NCBI GenBank assembly: GCA_964016885.1
Contig: OZ024740.1
Coordinates: 86,676,001 to 86,740,000, forward strand
DNA: 64,000 nucleotides
DNA from: Eledone cirrhosa
Lineage: Eukaryota
Direction of reading: 5' to 3'
Positions 37,621 to 51,825 of this stretch are shown piece after piece. Each line of letters begins with the position of its first letter. The first letter of the stretch is position 1. The position numbers and the translations under genes are program-made. The notes under the pieces were generated by a model that had not been told where the DNA came from, searched no databases, and worked only from the letters and a program-made list of their open reading frames with translations.

Positions 37621-37874
37621 AACTAAAATATGTTGACAATCTTTTAATAATGTCTTCCTTGTGAAAATTGTGGTCTTGTTTTGCTTATCTAATGAATATC
37701 TCCAGCTCTGCGCATCTAACTTCTGCATGAAACCAGCCACCTAGCTGCTTTCTACTGCATATTACACATTTAGCACATGCCTTTACGCTTTGGCTTCTAA
37801 CTAATTCACCAATCTCTCCTCCCATATCTCCTCTCCCATCTCCATCTCTCTCTTTAAGATTGGTTACTCTTGAA

Positions 37875-37914
<40 letters not shown>

Positions 37915-38409
37915 ATGGATGGTTGGATGCTGGATGCTTGTTTGTATGTAAGACTCACCTCTTTCTAGGTTAATTTAACGTGTTGACCATTCAGTTGATC
38001 TAACAACAGACTGCTCTTCGTCGTAACTGGCGGAGAATCCGCCAGATAGGTGGGGAGAATTGAAACCAATTGAAATCACTCCACGACAACTGACTACTCA
38101 ATAATGAGTTCTGTTCCTCTCTACATACATACCAAATAATACCACGTCATTGATGCTCTTCTCATCCTCTTCTCATTGCCAGACCACTCTTCCTGACAGA
38201 TTTATTATCACACTTTTACACTCAAGTACATTCTTTCAACAATTTGAACATTCTTCTTTTTCATCAGCTCTTTCGTCTTTCACTCACGCTTCTTCTCCTT
38301 CTTTTTCATGCTCACCACAATCACAAGGACAATGATGTTCTCATCATCATATATATATATATATATGCATGAGCGTATATATATACTGTATATATATATA
38401 TATATACTG

Positions 38410-38445
<36 letters not shown>

Positions 38446-38446
38446 C

Positions 38447-38511
<65 letters not shown>

Positions 38512-38843
38512 TGTGTATATATATATATATATACTGTGTATATATATATATATATATATACTGTGTGTGTATATATATATATATATATATAAATGAGAGG
38601 TATAGAGATTGTTTTAGCAAGAAGCTAACGGCATTCTATAACATATATGCGACTATAACGTCAAGATGGGAAAAGTAGTTCACGAAAGATTTAGGAAAAA
38701 TAACTCAAACTCATCTCAAAAGAGAATCAGGATACAAATTCATCCACAGAATTTAGTAAAATCCAGGGAAAATCTATAGACCTTTAACTCATGATAAAAT
38801 AAAGTTTGAAACACTTATCCTTCAATTTGGAATAACATCAAAT

Positions 38844-38925
38844 GCTCTGTATAGTCTTAAAAGACTATTTCATGAAAACTTTCAGTGGAGATGGTCACGG
38901 TTGGAATTTCAATCATCAGCAGAGC
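38844..38925 (-). ncRNA. Type I hammerhead ribozyme with a stable hairpin stem III
   Basis: Minus strand: gctctg CTGATGA ttgaaa...tttcat GAAA tagtct-ttta-agacta TA cagagc. It lies in an insert (about 38591-38972) between (TA)n tracts whose tail recurs at 40896-40950. Confidence 0.9.
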
Positions 38926-39067
38926 TCAACAGAAAACCAGGGCTCTCACAGTAATATAATCCGAAAAAGGGAATATATATATATATATATATACATATAT
39001 ATATGTGTGCTCTAACCACTAACCCATGTGCCTCCATATATATATATAAACACATATATATATATAC

Positions 39068-39594
<527 letters not shown>

Positions 39595-39631
39595 CAAGTA
39601 AGTATGTTTTGAAACAGTGAGCAGGTTTGAA

Positions 39632-39850
39632 ATTAGAAAATAGAATAGCTTTCACCGTATTTTGTTGACTAAAGAAATGTTAGTCTGATAATGGGGTTTA
39701 CTTTAAAACCTTCAGATAAATGGAAAAAGATGAGTAATAATGTACACCAATACTCATCTTTTTCCAGTTATCTGAAGGTTCTAAACCCCATTATCAGACT
39801 AAAATTTCTTTAGTGAACAAAATACGGTGAAAGCTATTCTATTTTCTAAT
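39632..39850. repeat. Fold-back insert (about 100-bp arms) in (TA)n
   Basis: 39632-39736 is the near reverse complement of 39751-39850. Confidence 0.8.
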
Positions 39851-39865
39851 ATATATATATATATA

Positions 39866-39940
<75 letters not shown>

Positions 39941-40149
39941 CTGTATATATATATATATGTATATATATATATCCTGTTCGTTGCTCTGGTAATGCGGTCG
40001 GACTGCCGACTGCTATATCTAATTTGCTAAGCTGTCTGAACATAATGTTATACTCTGGGGTCTTACCTCATCTGAGTGCTAAAGCTACAAATCGAATAAG
40101 CATACACGCTAGCTTGGCCGTATACTAGAGCTTCGTCTATGCTGTACTA

Positions 40150-40226
<77 letters not shown>

Positions 40227-40243
40227 TGTATATATATACTATA

Positions 40244-40297
<54 letters not shown>

Positions 40298-40302
40298 CTG
40301 TA

Positions 40303-40402
<100 letters not shown>

Positions 40403-40535
40403 CTGTAAATATATATATATATATATATATCATAAAACATGTCTATAGAATCACAAGATAAAATATATCCTATTTCCTCTCCCAATTAGCATAATTAACT
40501 ATATAAAAAAGTATATATATATATGTATATATATA

Positions 40536-40577
<42 letters not shown>

Positions 40578-40578
40578 G

Positions 40579-40614
<36 letters not shown>

Positions 40615-40812
40615 TGTGTATATTTATATATATATATATATATACTGTGTATATATATATACATATATATATACATATATATACATGTATAATTACATAT
40701 ATATATACATGTATATGTACATATATATATATATACATACATACATATACATATATATATATATACATATATATATACATACATACACACACAGACATAC
40801 ACACACACACAG

Positions 40813-40898
<86 letters not shown>

Positions 40899-40943
40899 GA
40901 GACGTATAGAGATTGTTTTAGCAAGAAGCTAACGGCATTCTAT

Positions 40944-40980
<37 letters not shown>

Positions 40981-40986
<6 letters not shown>

Positions 40987-41782
40987 TATGAAGAGAGAAG
41001 AAACATTTAGATATAATTAGTAATAAAATGTATCATACCTAAACTGTTCCTAAATTCCTCGACTACGTAGTTTCGTGGCATAAACAAAAACAATATATCA
41101 AAGATATAGAGTCCTTGCGAGGTCTGCCGACTTATCAAGAGGATACCTCATTTTACTAGTCTCAAGAACGCGTCTATCTGTGTGTTTCTAAATGTATTAA
41201 TAACTCCCTCTGGTCGAGCAATGTTTGAAGTGTGGGGACAACTGGAAAGCTTCCATTACTCATACTTCTCGCCTTCTTCACTACCTCTTCTACGGCCTCG
41301 ATATGAATACCCCCTCCGCCTCCGTGGTATTTTTTTCGTGGTTATAAGAGGCTTAGCTCTGTTTCTCGACCGTTATATCGCGTGACTATCTCCCCCTCCG
41401 CCTTTTGGGATTCTTTCTCACGTCGTGTAGACGCGTTCTTGAGACTAGTAAAATGAGGTATCCTCTTGATAAGTCGGCAGACCTCGCAAGGACTCTATAT
41501 CTTTGATATATTGTTTTTGTTTATGCCACGAAACTACGTAGTCGAGGAATTTAGGAACAGTTTAGGTATGATACATTTTATTACTAATTATATCTAAATG
41601 TTTCTTCTCTCTTCATAATGTATTTTTAACTCTGATACTGGTTCAGTCTGGTTCAAACTGAATTGGTCTGTCCCAGTCATTCATTGAGCAACATCGGTGA
41701 AGTTGGCACCCTTAACTCACAGTTGGGTGCGGATGCATTCATGTATATATGTGTGTGTCCGCATGTATCTGTGTGTTTCTAA

Positions 41783-41788
<6 letters not shown>
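40981..41788 (+). mobile_element. Non-coding hammerhead element (591-bp unit) with a 196-bp inverted arm, in (TA)n
   Basis: 40981-41176 is the reverse complement of 41428-41623. tatctgtgtgtttctaaatgtat occurs at 41175-41197 and 41766-41788. Confidence 0.85.
41461..41548 (+). ncRNA. Hammerhead ribozyme, U3:A8 core variant (mirror copy 41056-41143, minus)
   Basis: tcctc TTGATAA gtcggca...tgccac GAAA ctacgtag TC gagga. Confidence 0.8.
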
Positions 41789-41832
<44 letters not shown>

Positions 41833-41922
41833 GTATATGTATATGAGTGTGTGTCTGTATGAGTATATATGTATGTGTGTGTGCATTTATATTCGTGTGC
41901 CTGTCTATATATGTGTGTATAG

Positions 41923-41955
<33 letters not shown>

Positions 41956-42058
41956 CATATATATATAGGGTCTCACATACATAATATAGTGAATTTAAAT
42001 ACTTCAATCAACTGAGGTTATCGAAGGAACCAGTTAACAAAAACTCCCTCTATGGTTG

Positions 42059-42135
<77 letters not shown>

Positions 42136-42199
42136 AGTGTGTGTGTGTGTGTGTGTGTGTATTGTGTGTGTGTGTGTGTATGTGTGTGTGTGTGTTTAC

Positions 42200-42233
<34 letters not shown>

Positions 42234-42361
42234 ATATATACACCCATACACATACATGCATACTTACATGCACACATACATTCGTACATTTATACATATA
42301 TTCATACATACATGTATACATGCATGCGTGCATACATACATATAAGTGTATATTTAAAATT

Positions 42362-42398
<37 letters not shown>

Positions 42399-42407
42399 GA
42401 GAGAGAG

Positions 42408-42464
<57 letters not shown>

Positions 42465-43439
42465 AAGTAGAAGAGGGAGTGGTGGTGGAGGTGTGAAATC
42501 GATTAATCAATATTCAATGAAATAAGTGGTACAAAAAGAAAGAGAGAGAGGGGAGAGACAGAATAAGTAAGTGTGGGAGAATGAATGTAGAAAGACTCAT
42601 ATAAAAGAGGGAGTGGGGTAGGGGTGATAATAGTAAGAGTTGATGATCAACAGAAATATATATTCAATCAAACCAGTTGTCCATAATATAATGTTATTGA
42701 TTTTCAATGTTGGAATATTGCGGCAACATCACTATCCACAGCAGTAGCAACAGCAGCAACAGCTGAAGCAGTAGTAGTATTAATAACCATTTCTAAAATC
42801 AGACAACGAGGGAGCCTCTGTGTGGCTGCTGGACATGCTGAAAATACGAACGAAATTTCTCTTAAATTTCCACTATCCCGCACTTACACTCACTCCATTC
42901 TTAAACAAAGATAGACACTGAAGAAGACAGCATTGTCACATCTTGAATGTTATATTCAGAGGTCGTTTACACTATTATCGACCTAGGGTTAAAAACAAGA
43001 AGAAAGCAAGCCAATGATGATCGTATTTATTTGTCATGCTAAAAATCAAGCCACTACCACCACATATATACGCACATACTTCCGTCTAACATAAGAATTG
43101 AAACATTATATAATGTAGTCATCGTATCTACTGCTAAAAAGATGTGATTGTCACGGCTGGCATTTCTTGGAATGCCTAACTGGAATATCTATTCAGAGTT
43201 GACTAAAGACTAAACACCAAAAACAGCAACAATAACAATAACAGCACAGGTCAGCGTGGAAACATCTATCTGGTCGTGGAACATGCTAAAAATAGTAATC
43301 AAACAACTCTTAAATTTCTCCTAAAACACATAGCTCAGTCTTTAACAAGGAAAGACTCAATAGATATTCTCGTCTTACTAAAAACTCATAGTGGATTACA
43401 AAGTCATAGGAAACAAAACATAAGTTTTATTGTGCAATT

Positions 43440-43990
43440 AAAAGCATCTTTGATCCTGCTAGGTCGATGAGCAGGATATTTTCGAGAACTTTTGAACAGC
43501 ATAAATTCAAATGACCCAACCGAACTCGACAAACTCCTAACTCTTCCTCTTGTATTAGAATTGGATAAGCCCTCATCAGCTCAGGAAATGACTTCTGTGA
43601 TTAAATGTATTGAAAAAAAAGTGTCACCAAGCGAGGATACTATTCTTGCCAAAATTTACAAACAAGGAAAAATTGTTCGATTTCGTCTGCCTTTGCTGAA
43701 AGGCTAACACAATATCTAATTCCTAGAAATATTCCACTATCATAATGGTCGGCAAAACAAATATCTGATACAACAGTCGTGGCAAATTTCTTTTGGATGT
43801 CTCTGGAAGACTCTCACTTGCATTCTCTTGCTATGCCTCGTCAACAGAATAGTTTAAAAGTGTTCCCTGAGTAACAAACTGAATTCAGGCTTAAGTGTGA
43901 TACAACAAACGGGATTTTTATAGTTCTAGAGAGCAAAGTGAGATTATTTCTACCCTCTTTAACTTGCATAACTCTTTGACACCGTCGACA
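43440..43990 (+). pseudogene. Decayed RTE/BovB-like LINE fragment
   Basis: AGYFRELLN...ELDKPSSAQEMTSVIK...SPSEDTILAKIYKQG, with FDTVD-like remnants. Confidence 0.6.
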
Positions 43991-45479
43991 TTTCGTTTAA
44001 ATCAACCTTCCTCGCCTCCTCCCTCAAATTCCTCGTCTCCTCCTTCCTACTCTGTGTCTTGGTTGCTCAAAACTTTCACTTAGCAGCTTTACCAAGGCTG
44101 GCACCGTCAACGCGAGAATAACTTGTCCCTTTGAAGACATGCAAGTCAATACACAAAGCGGTAACTGCAACAAAGATGACATAAACAACATATATGTTGC
44201 CAGCTACAGTAATACAAATTTATTTATAAACTTTAATGAGTTTTCCCACTTTAAGTAGCTGTAACAGCAGAAAAAATTGATGCCACCCCCCACCCCCACA
44301 CACACCACCACCAAGAACAACAAATAATATTAAAGTACCACCAACTCTTGAGAAGGTAATTCAGAAGTATTAAGTAAACATTTAGAGATTGAAGTGAGAG
44401 CTTACTCTATCACCCTCATGAAGAATAAAGAATTCGACCTTCATACCGACCAGCATATTCCATCATGTGACAAAGCTATGGTTGACGGATATACTGCCAG
44501 AGATAAAGATCTGCTAGAGATAAACAATTCATGATAGAAGAACTGAACTGGGTTTGGAATAAGGCTCTTGATCTTAACATTAATAAACGCTCAATAAATG
44601 TTCAAGAGAATTTCTGATCTGACTGAATTGCCAAACGGTACACAGTTGTTAGTAACGATATAAGGGGAAAGATCCAGATCCACATAAGCAGTGCCAGCCA
44701 ACCTTCAAACAAAAGCAGTGGATAGATGAAGAAAGACCCGCTCTCTTTCCGATTCCATACCCACAACAACTGGCAGCAGAATAAAGAAATTCCCAGTTCT
44801 GTGAGCTAAAGAGTGGTAGTGCTGTTAAGGAAAGATGTGAACAAGATAACCTTAATGGATGATTTCCTGCTCATAACTTTAATATATGAAGATATTAAGG
44901 TGCCGGCAATAGGTACAGCAAAGAGGTTGGCACTTGCCATTTGACAGTTTCGTCAGGGAAGTGCAAACATATACGATCTCTAACAGATCTATCTGTGACA
45001 AAATCCACAGGAAACGGCAACCAGAAATGACACCAGGACGCTGTGCGCATAACGGTTAGAGAGAATGTGGGCTGTGCTGATAAAGGATACGAATGTTGAA
45101 ATTATACTCACAGATGGTAGAATGTTTCAGGGAAATGCTGAATTAACCAGATCCAACAAACACCCTCGCAGTCATTGACCAGATGGTGTTGGAGTTAAAC
45201 ATCACAATTGACCCTATTAGTAAAGATTAATTCATTCGGTCTCTGAAGCGAAGGAAGAACAAAATGGCGCCAGGAATTACCAGATTTCTACTAAATCAAT
45301 TAAAATGCAGGGAATATCTTAGTGTAAAAATATTGGTAAAGTAAAACAGTTCTAGAAAAATAGACTAAGGATGCCACTATTAGATAACAAAGAAGGAAAA
45401 TGTTAATGACAGTAGCAACTGGAGACAAAAACAATCTGGCTATCAGTACCAGGAACAATTCTCTCATAAATTCTGACGC

Positions 45480-46250
45480 AACGGTTGAATGTTGCATTGA
45501 ACGATGCTTTTAGAAAAGAGCAAGCAAGAATAATTATGCACGGAAGAAATATTTGTGTGACGGAACATCATAAAACAGTATGTAAAATTCAATTTGTCAT
45601 CAATTTTGTAAATATGAAGAAAACATTCGACAATGTATATAGAGGGGCGTTATGGTGCATAGCTAAAAGGTATGGTGTTTCAGACAAAGTCATCACCATC
45701 CTCAGGAGCATGTACAACACCTCAAGCCGTTGTGTAAGAATGGAAAACAGCAATATAGAGTACTTCAAGATTGGTACTGTTGTCACTCCTAATAGTGTTG
45801 TCACAACAATGATACCTGTTGTCATCTGCATGAAAATCCTGCAAATGGCAATCTATGCAGGTGAAACGTAGATGATTAACAGCCAAGATCATTCGGAAGC
45901 TGGATTTATTCCATCAATGGTGTTTGCGTGGAATACCTAAGATCACATCAGGGTGGTTTGCCCGAGGAGAATCAAATTGTCTAAATTGAACGAAAGTGTT
46001 GAAGTGCAAAGAATAAGAATTACTGAATATGTATTCTGAATACCAAAGGTGACAAATATTCAAAACTGTGGTGATATTAGTATCACCAGATGGTATAAGG
46101 AAAAGGAGAAGACCAAAGAAGACATGTCAGGATATCTTCAAAGAGGATGTAAAGCAGTTGAATATCGCGTGAGAAGAGAAGTGTTTGGTGACTTCTGGCT
46201 GCCTGACATACAGGAGCATTGAACCGGAGGAACTAAGTACCAAGTAAATA
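45480..46250 (+). pseudogene. Decayed RTE-clade LINE RT and C-terminal fragment
   Basis: FVNMKKTFDNVYRGALWCIAKRYGVSDKVITILRSMY and PDGIRKRRRPKKT. Confidence 0.7.
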
Positions 46251-48661
46251 AGTATATGTAGCTTACTATATGATTTATTTCAGATATTTTCAGCTACAGT
46301 GCCGCGGCACATTTGGTGTATCACGTAGTCAATAAACGGATGGCAATCGTTTTGAGACGTGTTGGTAAACTCGAGGATATCGAAATAATATATGTATATG
46401 AGTGCTTTTGATGCACCGCTCCGGCACGAATGTAATTCTTTGTTGCAAAGTGCAATACGTATGCCCATCTCTGTTTTAAAACAATTTTTATTCTCATTAT
46501 TTAAAATATATAATAAAACCTTTAAAAAGCTAATGATGTAGCACTTTTATCGCCATATTCAATGTGTTATGGATTGAGAAGTTTTGAAAATCGCTGATCT
46601 ATGAATTCAAGCATTAAATTAGATTTCATTGTTCGTTAACCCTGGATTATGTAGTGTTTGTGGTAGTGATACTCACGTCTTTATTCTCTCTCTCTCTCAT
46701 TCTTATCTCTCTCTATCCCTTTCTTTCTCTCTCTCATTCTTATCTCTCTCTATCCCTTTCTTTCTCTCTTTCATTCTTATCTCTCTCTATTCCCTTCTTT
46801 CTCTCTCTCATTCTTTTCCTTCATCCTCTCTTTCTCCATCCCACATGAGTAATCTTTGTATGAAAATGTTTTACTTTGTTTTAAAAAAGATAAACAAATA
46901 TTTATCATTCAATCTCAGTTTAAACAAACAATAACATTTAATTACTATTATCATTTTGTGTGCGTATGTGTGATAAAAACATTTTTTTTTCAATAATCAC
47001 CATAATCATCAACAACATCATTAACACAATCAGCATTATCATCATCACCATCATCATTGCTTTTCTAATCATTTTGTTATTGATATTGTTGTTATTGTTA
47101 TTGAATGTGGAGTGTCGGCAGGAAATGAAAGATTAATAGCCTTAGTGCTCTATAGTATTTATTCAGTTTCTTTCGTTTATACTCTACTCATAACCAGGGT
47201 CAATAATGTAAGTACCAGTCAAGTACTTTTTGGCCTTTGTACCAAAGTAAAAGTCATTATTATTAAAAAGTCATTATAATAAAGTTGTCTGCCATGGACA
47301 CAGGCGTTTACAGAGCTTCGCATAGAGGATAGTTTCTTAGACGATTGCTTTCCAGGAAAAGAGCATTTTCGTTTATCAACAAAAAGCTTCGTAATATTTC
47401 AATCACCCCATTACCCCGAGGCGAAAACAAAATAAAAGGTTCGTCAAAACATTGATTTTTATCGTGTGTATATTTGTATTATCACTATTATTATTATTTG
47501 TAGTTCAAAATGTATTCAGAAGTAGCAGGAAGAGGTGCTCACCGCAGTCATAGTAGTAATAGTCTCAAGTACATAAATAAACATTCCGTTTAATTATTTT
47601 GAAATACGAAAACTAAAAATAAAAGAGGAAACCAACAAAACAACAATAGAGAATGTGAAAATTAACCAGACAGTTTCACATATAAACACAATGGAAGATA
47701 TAACAACAAAACATGGTGTGGAAAACGTTAGCTTAAATGGAAGAATATAAATCAACAATAACAGCTAAACAATAAGAACGGCAACAACAGCAACATTTAA
47801 TTTTTTTTTTTATTTTTTGCTAACGTTGTAGATAATAGAGAGTTGGGTGCTTCATCATTATTACCTTATATTTTAAATTGAAACAAATATTATCTGATGC
47901 TAACCCCCACCTTACCATTCACCATATCTTTAACGCTAACCTTAAGCACTAACCCACGACAATATGTGATTGGGTGTAATCTCCATAGATCTTTAGGTCC
48001 TGGTAACCTTCGTAGATGGAAGCAATCAAACTGCAGCTGCAAAACGAAGGCCCAGATGATAAACATTAGGAATTAAAGGTCACCCGTGTAGGGGTGGGGG
48101 AAGGGTGGCGTTTTACCAGAAGAAGAGTAAAATTGAAAAAGAAAAAATGGCGATGACAGATAGGAGCAACAGCGTTGACAATAACATAGCTGCTGTTGCT
48201 TTATTCACCGAACCGCCGGTTCTGATCCTTAACCTGAGTTGATAGATTTCAATACTTTACTGGTGAGGCTGAAAGATAATATTTTGGTCTACATTCATAT
48301 TGAATTCTGCTCACTAATTTTCAAACTTTGTGGGAACGTTTTCACGACAATGCATAAATAAATCTCCTGGGAAATATAGAAAAACAGCTTCATTGTAAAA
48401 TAACCACTCCAGATATTTTTGCACCTTATCTACGTAGAATTTAAGTTGGTGAAAATCGTTAAAATATTGACCGCGAATATAAACCCATTTTGCCATCGAT
48501 TTTTTGGTCACATATTCCTTTGGTCATATATTCGCAAATATACCGCCATCATGAGAGTCGGGAAAGTTAAGGCGCCAGAAGCCGAGTTCTCCATAACAAC
48601 TAGGACATCCAGCGGAAATTAAGAAAATTGAAGATAGAAGAAATGTAGAACAACAATGGTG

Positions 48662-48693
<32 letters not shown>

Positions 48694-48931
48694 CGACAAA
48701 ATTGAGATCAGACTAAAGGCTTGAGGATATTCCTCCCAACAAGAAACTAAATGTCAGTAGAACTAGAACATCATTTCTGTCCGAATTAGCAACGAGAGCC
48801 TGGTAGAAGAGTCTTATTTCATGAATGAGAATAAGGAGACATTGTGGTGATAGCAAGTTGAATACAAAACACGATAGACAGTTAATTCCAGATTTATGTC
48901 ATATATCTATATAAATATATATATCTATCTA

Positions 48932-48998
<67 letters not shown>

Positions 48999-49335
48999 GA
49001 AATAAGATTTCGCTTCAAGCATAGCATTATATATAGCTTTATACAGAAATTCCGTATTTCTAAAGAAACTCAGTTTTAGGAAGCCGTAGCTATGCAAACA
49101 CTGGGGCTAACGTCCTCTGGTGATGTCCAGCAGAAGCAAGGAGGACAATCGTCTATGCATTATAAGTTCTTCCAATATTGGAGATTCCAATTATTTGAAA
49201 TGGCTGCTATTGTTTCTTTTGTTTTTGAAACCATGGTAGCTCCCTACCATGGTTTCAAAAACGTTTACATGTATGAGACTAACTTATTTTAGTCTGCCTG
49301 GCTTATACACTCCTAAATAGAGTGTGTTGGCATAA

Positions 49336-49400
<65 letters not shown>

Positions 49401-49404
<4 letters not shown>

Positions 49405-49817
49405 ATTTAAATGGATACAGTTCAGTTAAAAGGAATTTATTGACACGTGTTTCAATAACAGTTACATAACCTGAAAACAGCTGCTATCTACAAAGTATTA
49501 GTTATGCAGACATTCAATATTTCAATGTTATTATCAACTGTCATTTCATCAGAATCTGATGAAATGGCAGTTGATAATAACATTGAAATATTGAATGTCT
49601 GCATAACTAATACTTTGTAGATAGCAGCTGTTTTCAGGTTATGTAACTGTTATTGAAACACGTGTCAATAAATTCCTTTTAACTGAACTGTATCCATTTA
49701 CATCCTTCTATTTTCTCCGGATTACTTTTGAAACTACAACTGGAACCGTCGAGCAAACTCTACGTGAGCTGTCCATCTACTGTGTGTAATATTCATATTA
49801 CAACACTACGGAAAATA

Positions 49818-49820
<3 letters not shown>
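49401..49820 (+). mobile_element. Family C fold-back hammerhead insert in (TA)n
   Basis: Arms 49401-49553 and 49555-49707. CTGATGA aatggcagtt...aactgttatt GAAA cacgtg TC. Second copy at 57221-57630. Confidence 0.85.
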
Positions 49821-49894
<74 letters not shown>

Positions 49895-49898
<4 letters not shown>

Positions 49899-50114
49899 AC
49901 AAAGGAAGTATGGTATGAAACCAGATGGACCATAACGCACCAGAGAACTCAATACTTAGGGTAGTAGAGTGGGTAATACGAAAAAGTTCAAGACCCCGAC
50001 GGTAGAGCTGAAGCCGTTTCGACGGCTATTTCCGGACTCAGAGTATTTCTGGACTCTGAGTCCAGAATTAGCCGTCGAAACGGCTTGAGCTCAGCCGTCG
50101 GGATCCTACTCGTT

Positions 50115-50168
<54 letters not shown>

Positions 50169-50370
50169 AACGAGTAGGATCCCGACGGCTGAGCTCAAGC
50201 CGTTTCGACGGCTAATTCTGGACTCAGAGTCCAGAATTAGCCGTCGAAACGGCTTGAGCTCAGCCGTCGGGGTCCTACTCGTTCCTATTACCCACTCTAC
50301 TACCCTAAGTATTGAGTACTTTGGTGCGTTATGGTCCACCTGGTTCCTTACCACATTTCCTTCGTTATAT
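49895..50370. repeat. Cluster of four family A fragments in alternating orientation
   Basis: agtccagaattagccgtcgaaacggcttgagctcagccgtcggg and its reverse complement are joined head-to-head at about 50040-50057 and 50225, and tail-to-tail across (TA)n at 50117-50166. Confidence 0.85.
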
Positions 50371-50409
50371 ATATATAGTAATAAACTTTAATCTGTTATT
50401 TTAATAATA

Positions 50410-50703
50410 TATATATATATATATATACATGAAGTATTTACTTAGGAAGAGTAAAGGAAGGGAGAGTGTTCTCTGTATGCTACATTGCTATTTAATTATG
50501 TAATAAACAACACAAAACAATTATTCCATTTACCAAAGGTTTCACGAAAACAGGCGAGCTCAACAGAGACGTCTGAAATCGTTCATCAAAATGAAAATTT
50601 AAACTTCTGATGAACGATTTCAGACGTCTCTGTTGAGCTCGCTTGTCTTCGTGAAACCTGTGGTAAATGGAATAATTGTTTTGTGTTGTTTATTACATAA
50701 TTA
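50410..50703. mobile_element. Fold-back hammerhead insert in (TA)n
   Basis: Arms 50493-50588 and 50608-50703. CTGATGA acga...tcgt GAAA cctgtgg TA starts at 50607. Confidence 0.8.
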
Positions 50704-50730
50704 TATATATTTATATATATATATATATAT

Positions 50731-51155
50731 AGTATAAAGAAAACGAAAAATCAATGATGCATCTGGACTTAATTTATTGCGTGTTCCAATTGTTTCGCCG
50801 GCAGGTGGCTCGAGACATGATCTTTGTATAAATCTGGCTGATTCTACTTCTGCGGATTCTTTCAGACACGGGTGTTTCGTCTGGAGCAAATTTTATCATA
50901 AAATTTATAATAAAATTTGCTCCAGACGAAACACCCGTGTCTGAAAGAATCCGCAGAAGTAGAATCAGCCAGATCCATACAAGGACCATGTCTCGAGCTA
51001 CCTGCCGGCGAAACAATTGTAACACGCAATAAATTAAATCCAGATGCACCACTGATTTTTCGTTTTCTTTATACTATCTACACCCTACTCTGCTGAATAT
51101 CGAGTGCTAATTTTGGCATACCGCCTATGGAAGCAGCATAGATACCATTATACAC

Positions 51156-51160
<5 letters not shown>
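50731..51160 (+). mobile_element. Fold-back hammerhead insert in (TA)n
   Basis: Arms about 50731-50896 and 50910-51075. cgtgt CTGAAAGA atccgcag...ctgccggc GAAA caattg TA acacg at 50936-51026. Confidence 0.8.
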
Positions 51161-51209
<49 letters not shown>

Positions 51210-51259
51210 GCATATATATATATAAAACTTATGCCAATAAACTCTCTCCGTATATAAGC

Positions 51260-51313
<54 letters not shown>

Positions 51314-51357
51314 TGAAAAAGAACAAAGGAACTATTATGGCATTATAACAAGTTTAT

Positions 51358-51404
51358 TGCCGACAGCCGTTTCGTCCGACCATATGGTGGGACTTTTCAA
51401 GGCA
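51358..51404 (-). ncRNA. Hammerhead ribozyme, U3:A8 core variant, in fold-back insert 51308-51596
   Basis: Minus strand: tgcc TTGAAAA gtcc-cacc-atat-ggtc-ggac GAAA cggctg TC ggca. Confidence 0.85.
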
Positions 51405-51592
51405 TATAACATGTGATTGCAAGATCACGGCTGTCGGCAATAAACTTGTTATAATGTCATAATAGTTCCTTTGTTCTTTTTCACTAATATTTCTGCTCTG
51501 CTTACACGCATAGAGCTTAACTAGCTACCGTCACATATTTGGTAGGTCAGACGTGATCATCGCGATTCACATACGACCTACCATACATCTTG

Positions 51593-51783
<191 letters not shown>

Positions 51784-51825
51784 CTATATATATATATATA
51801 TATAGTAATAAGAATATTTATATTT

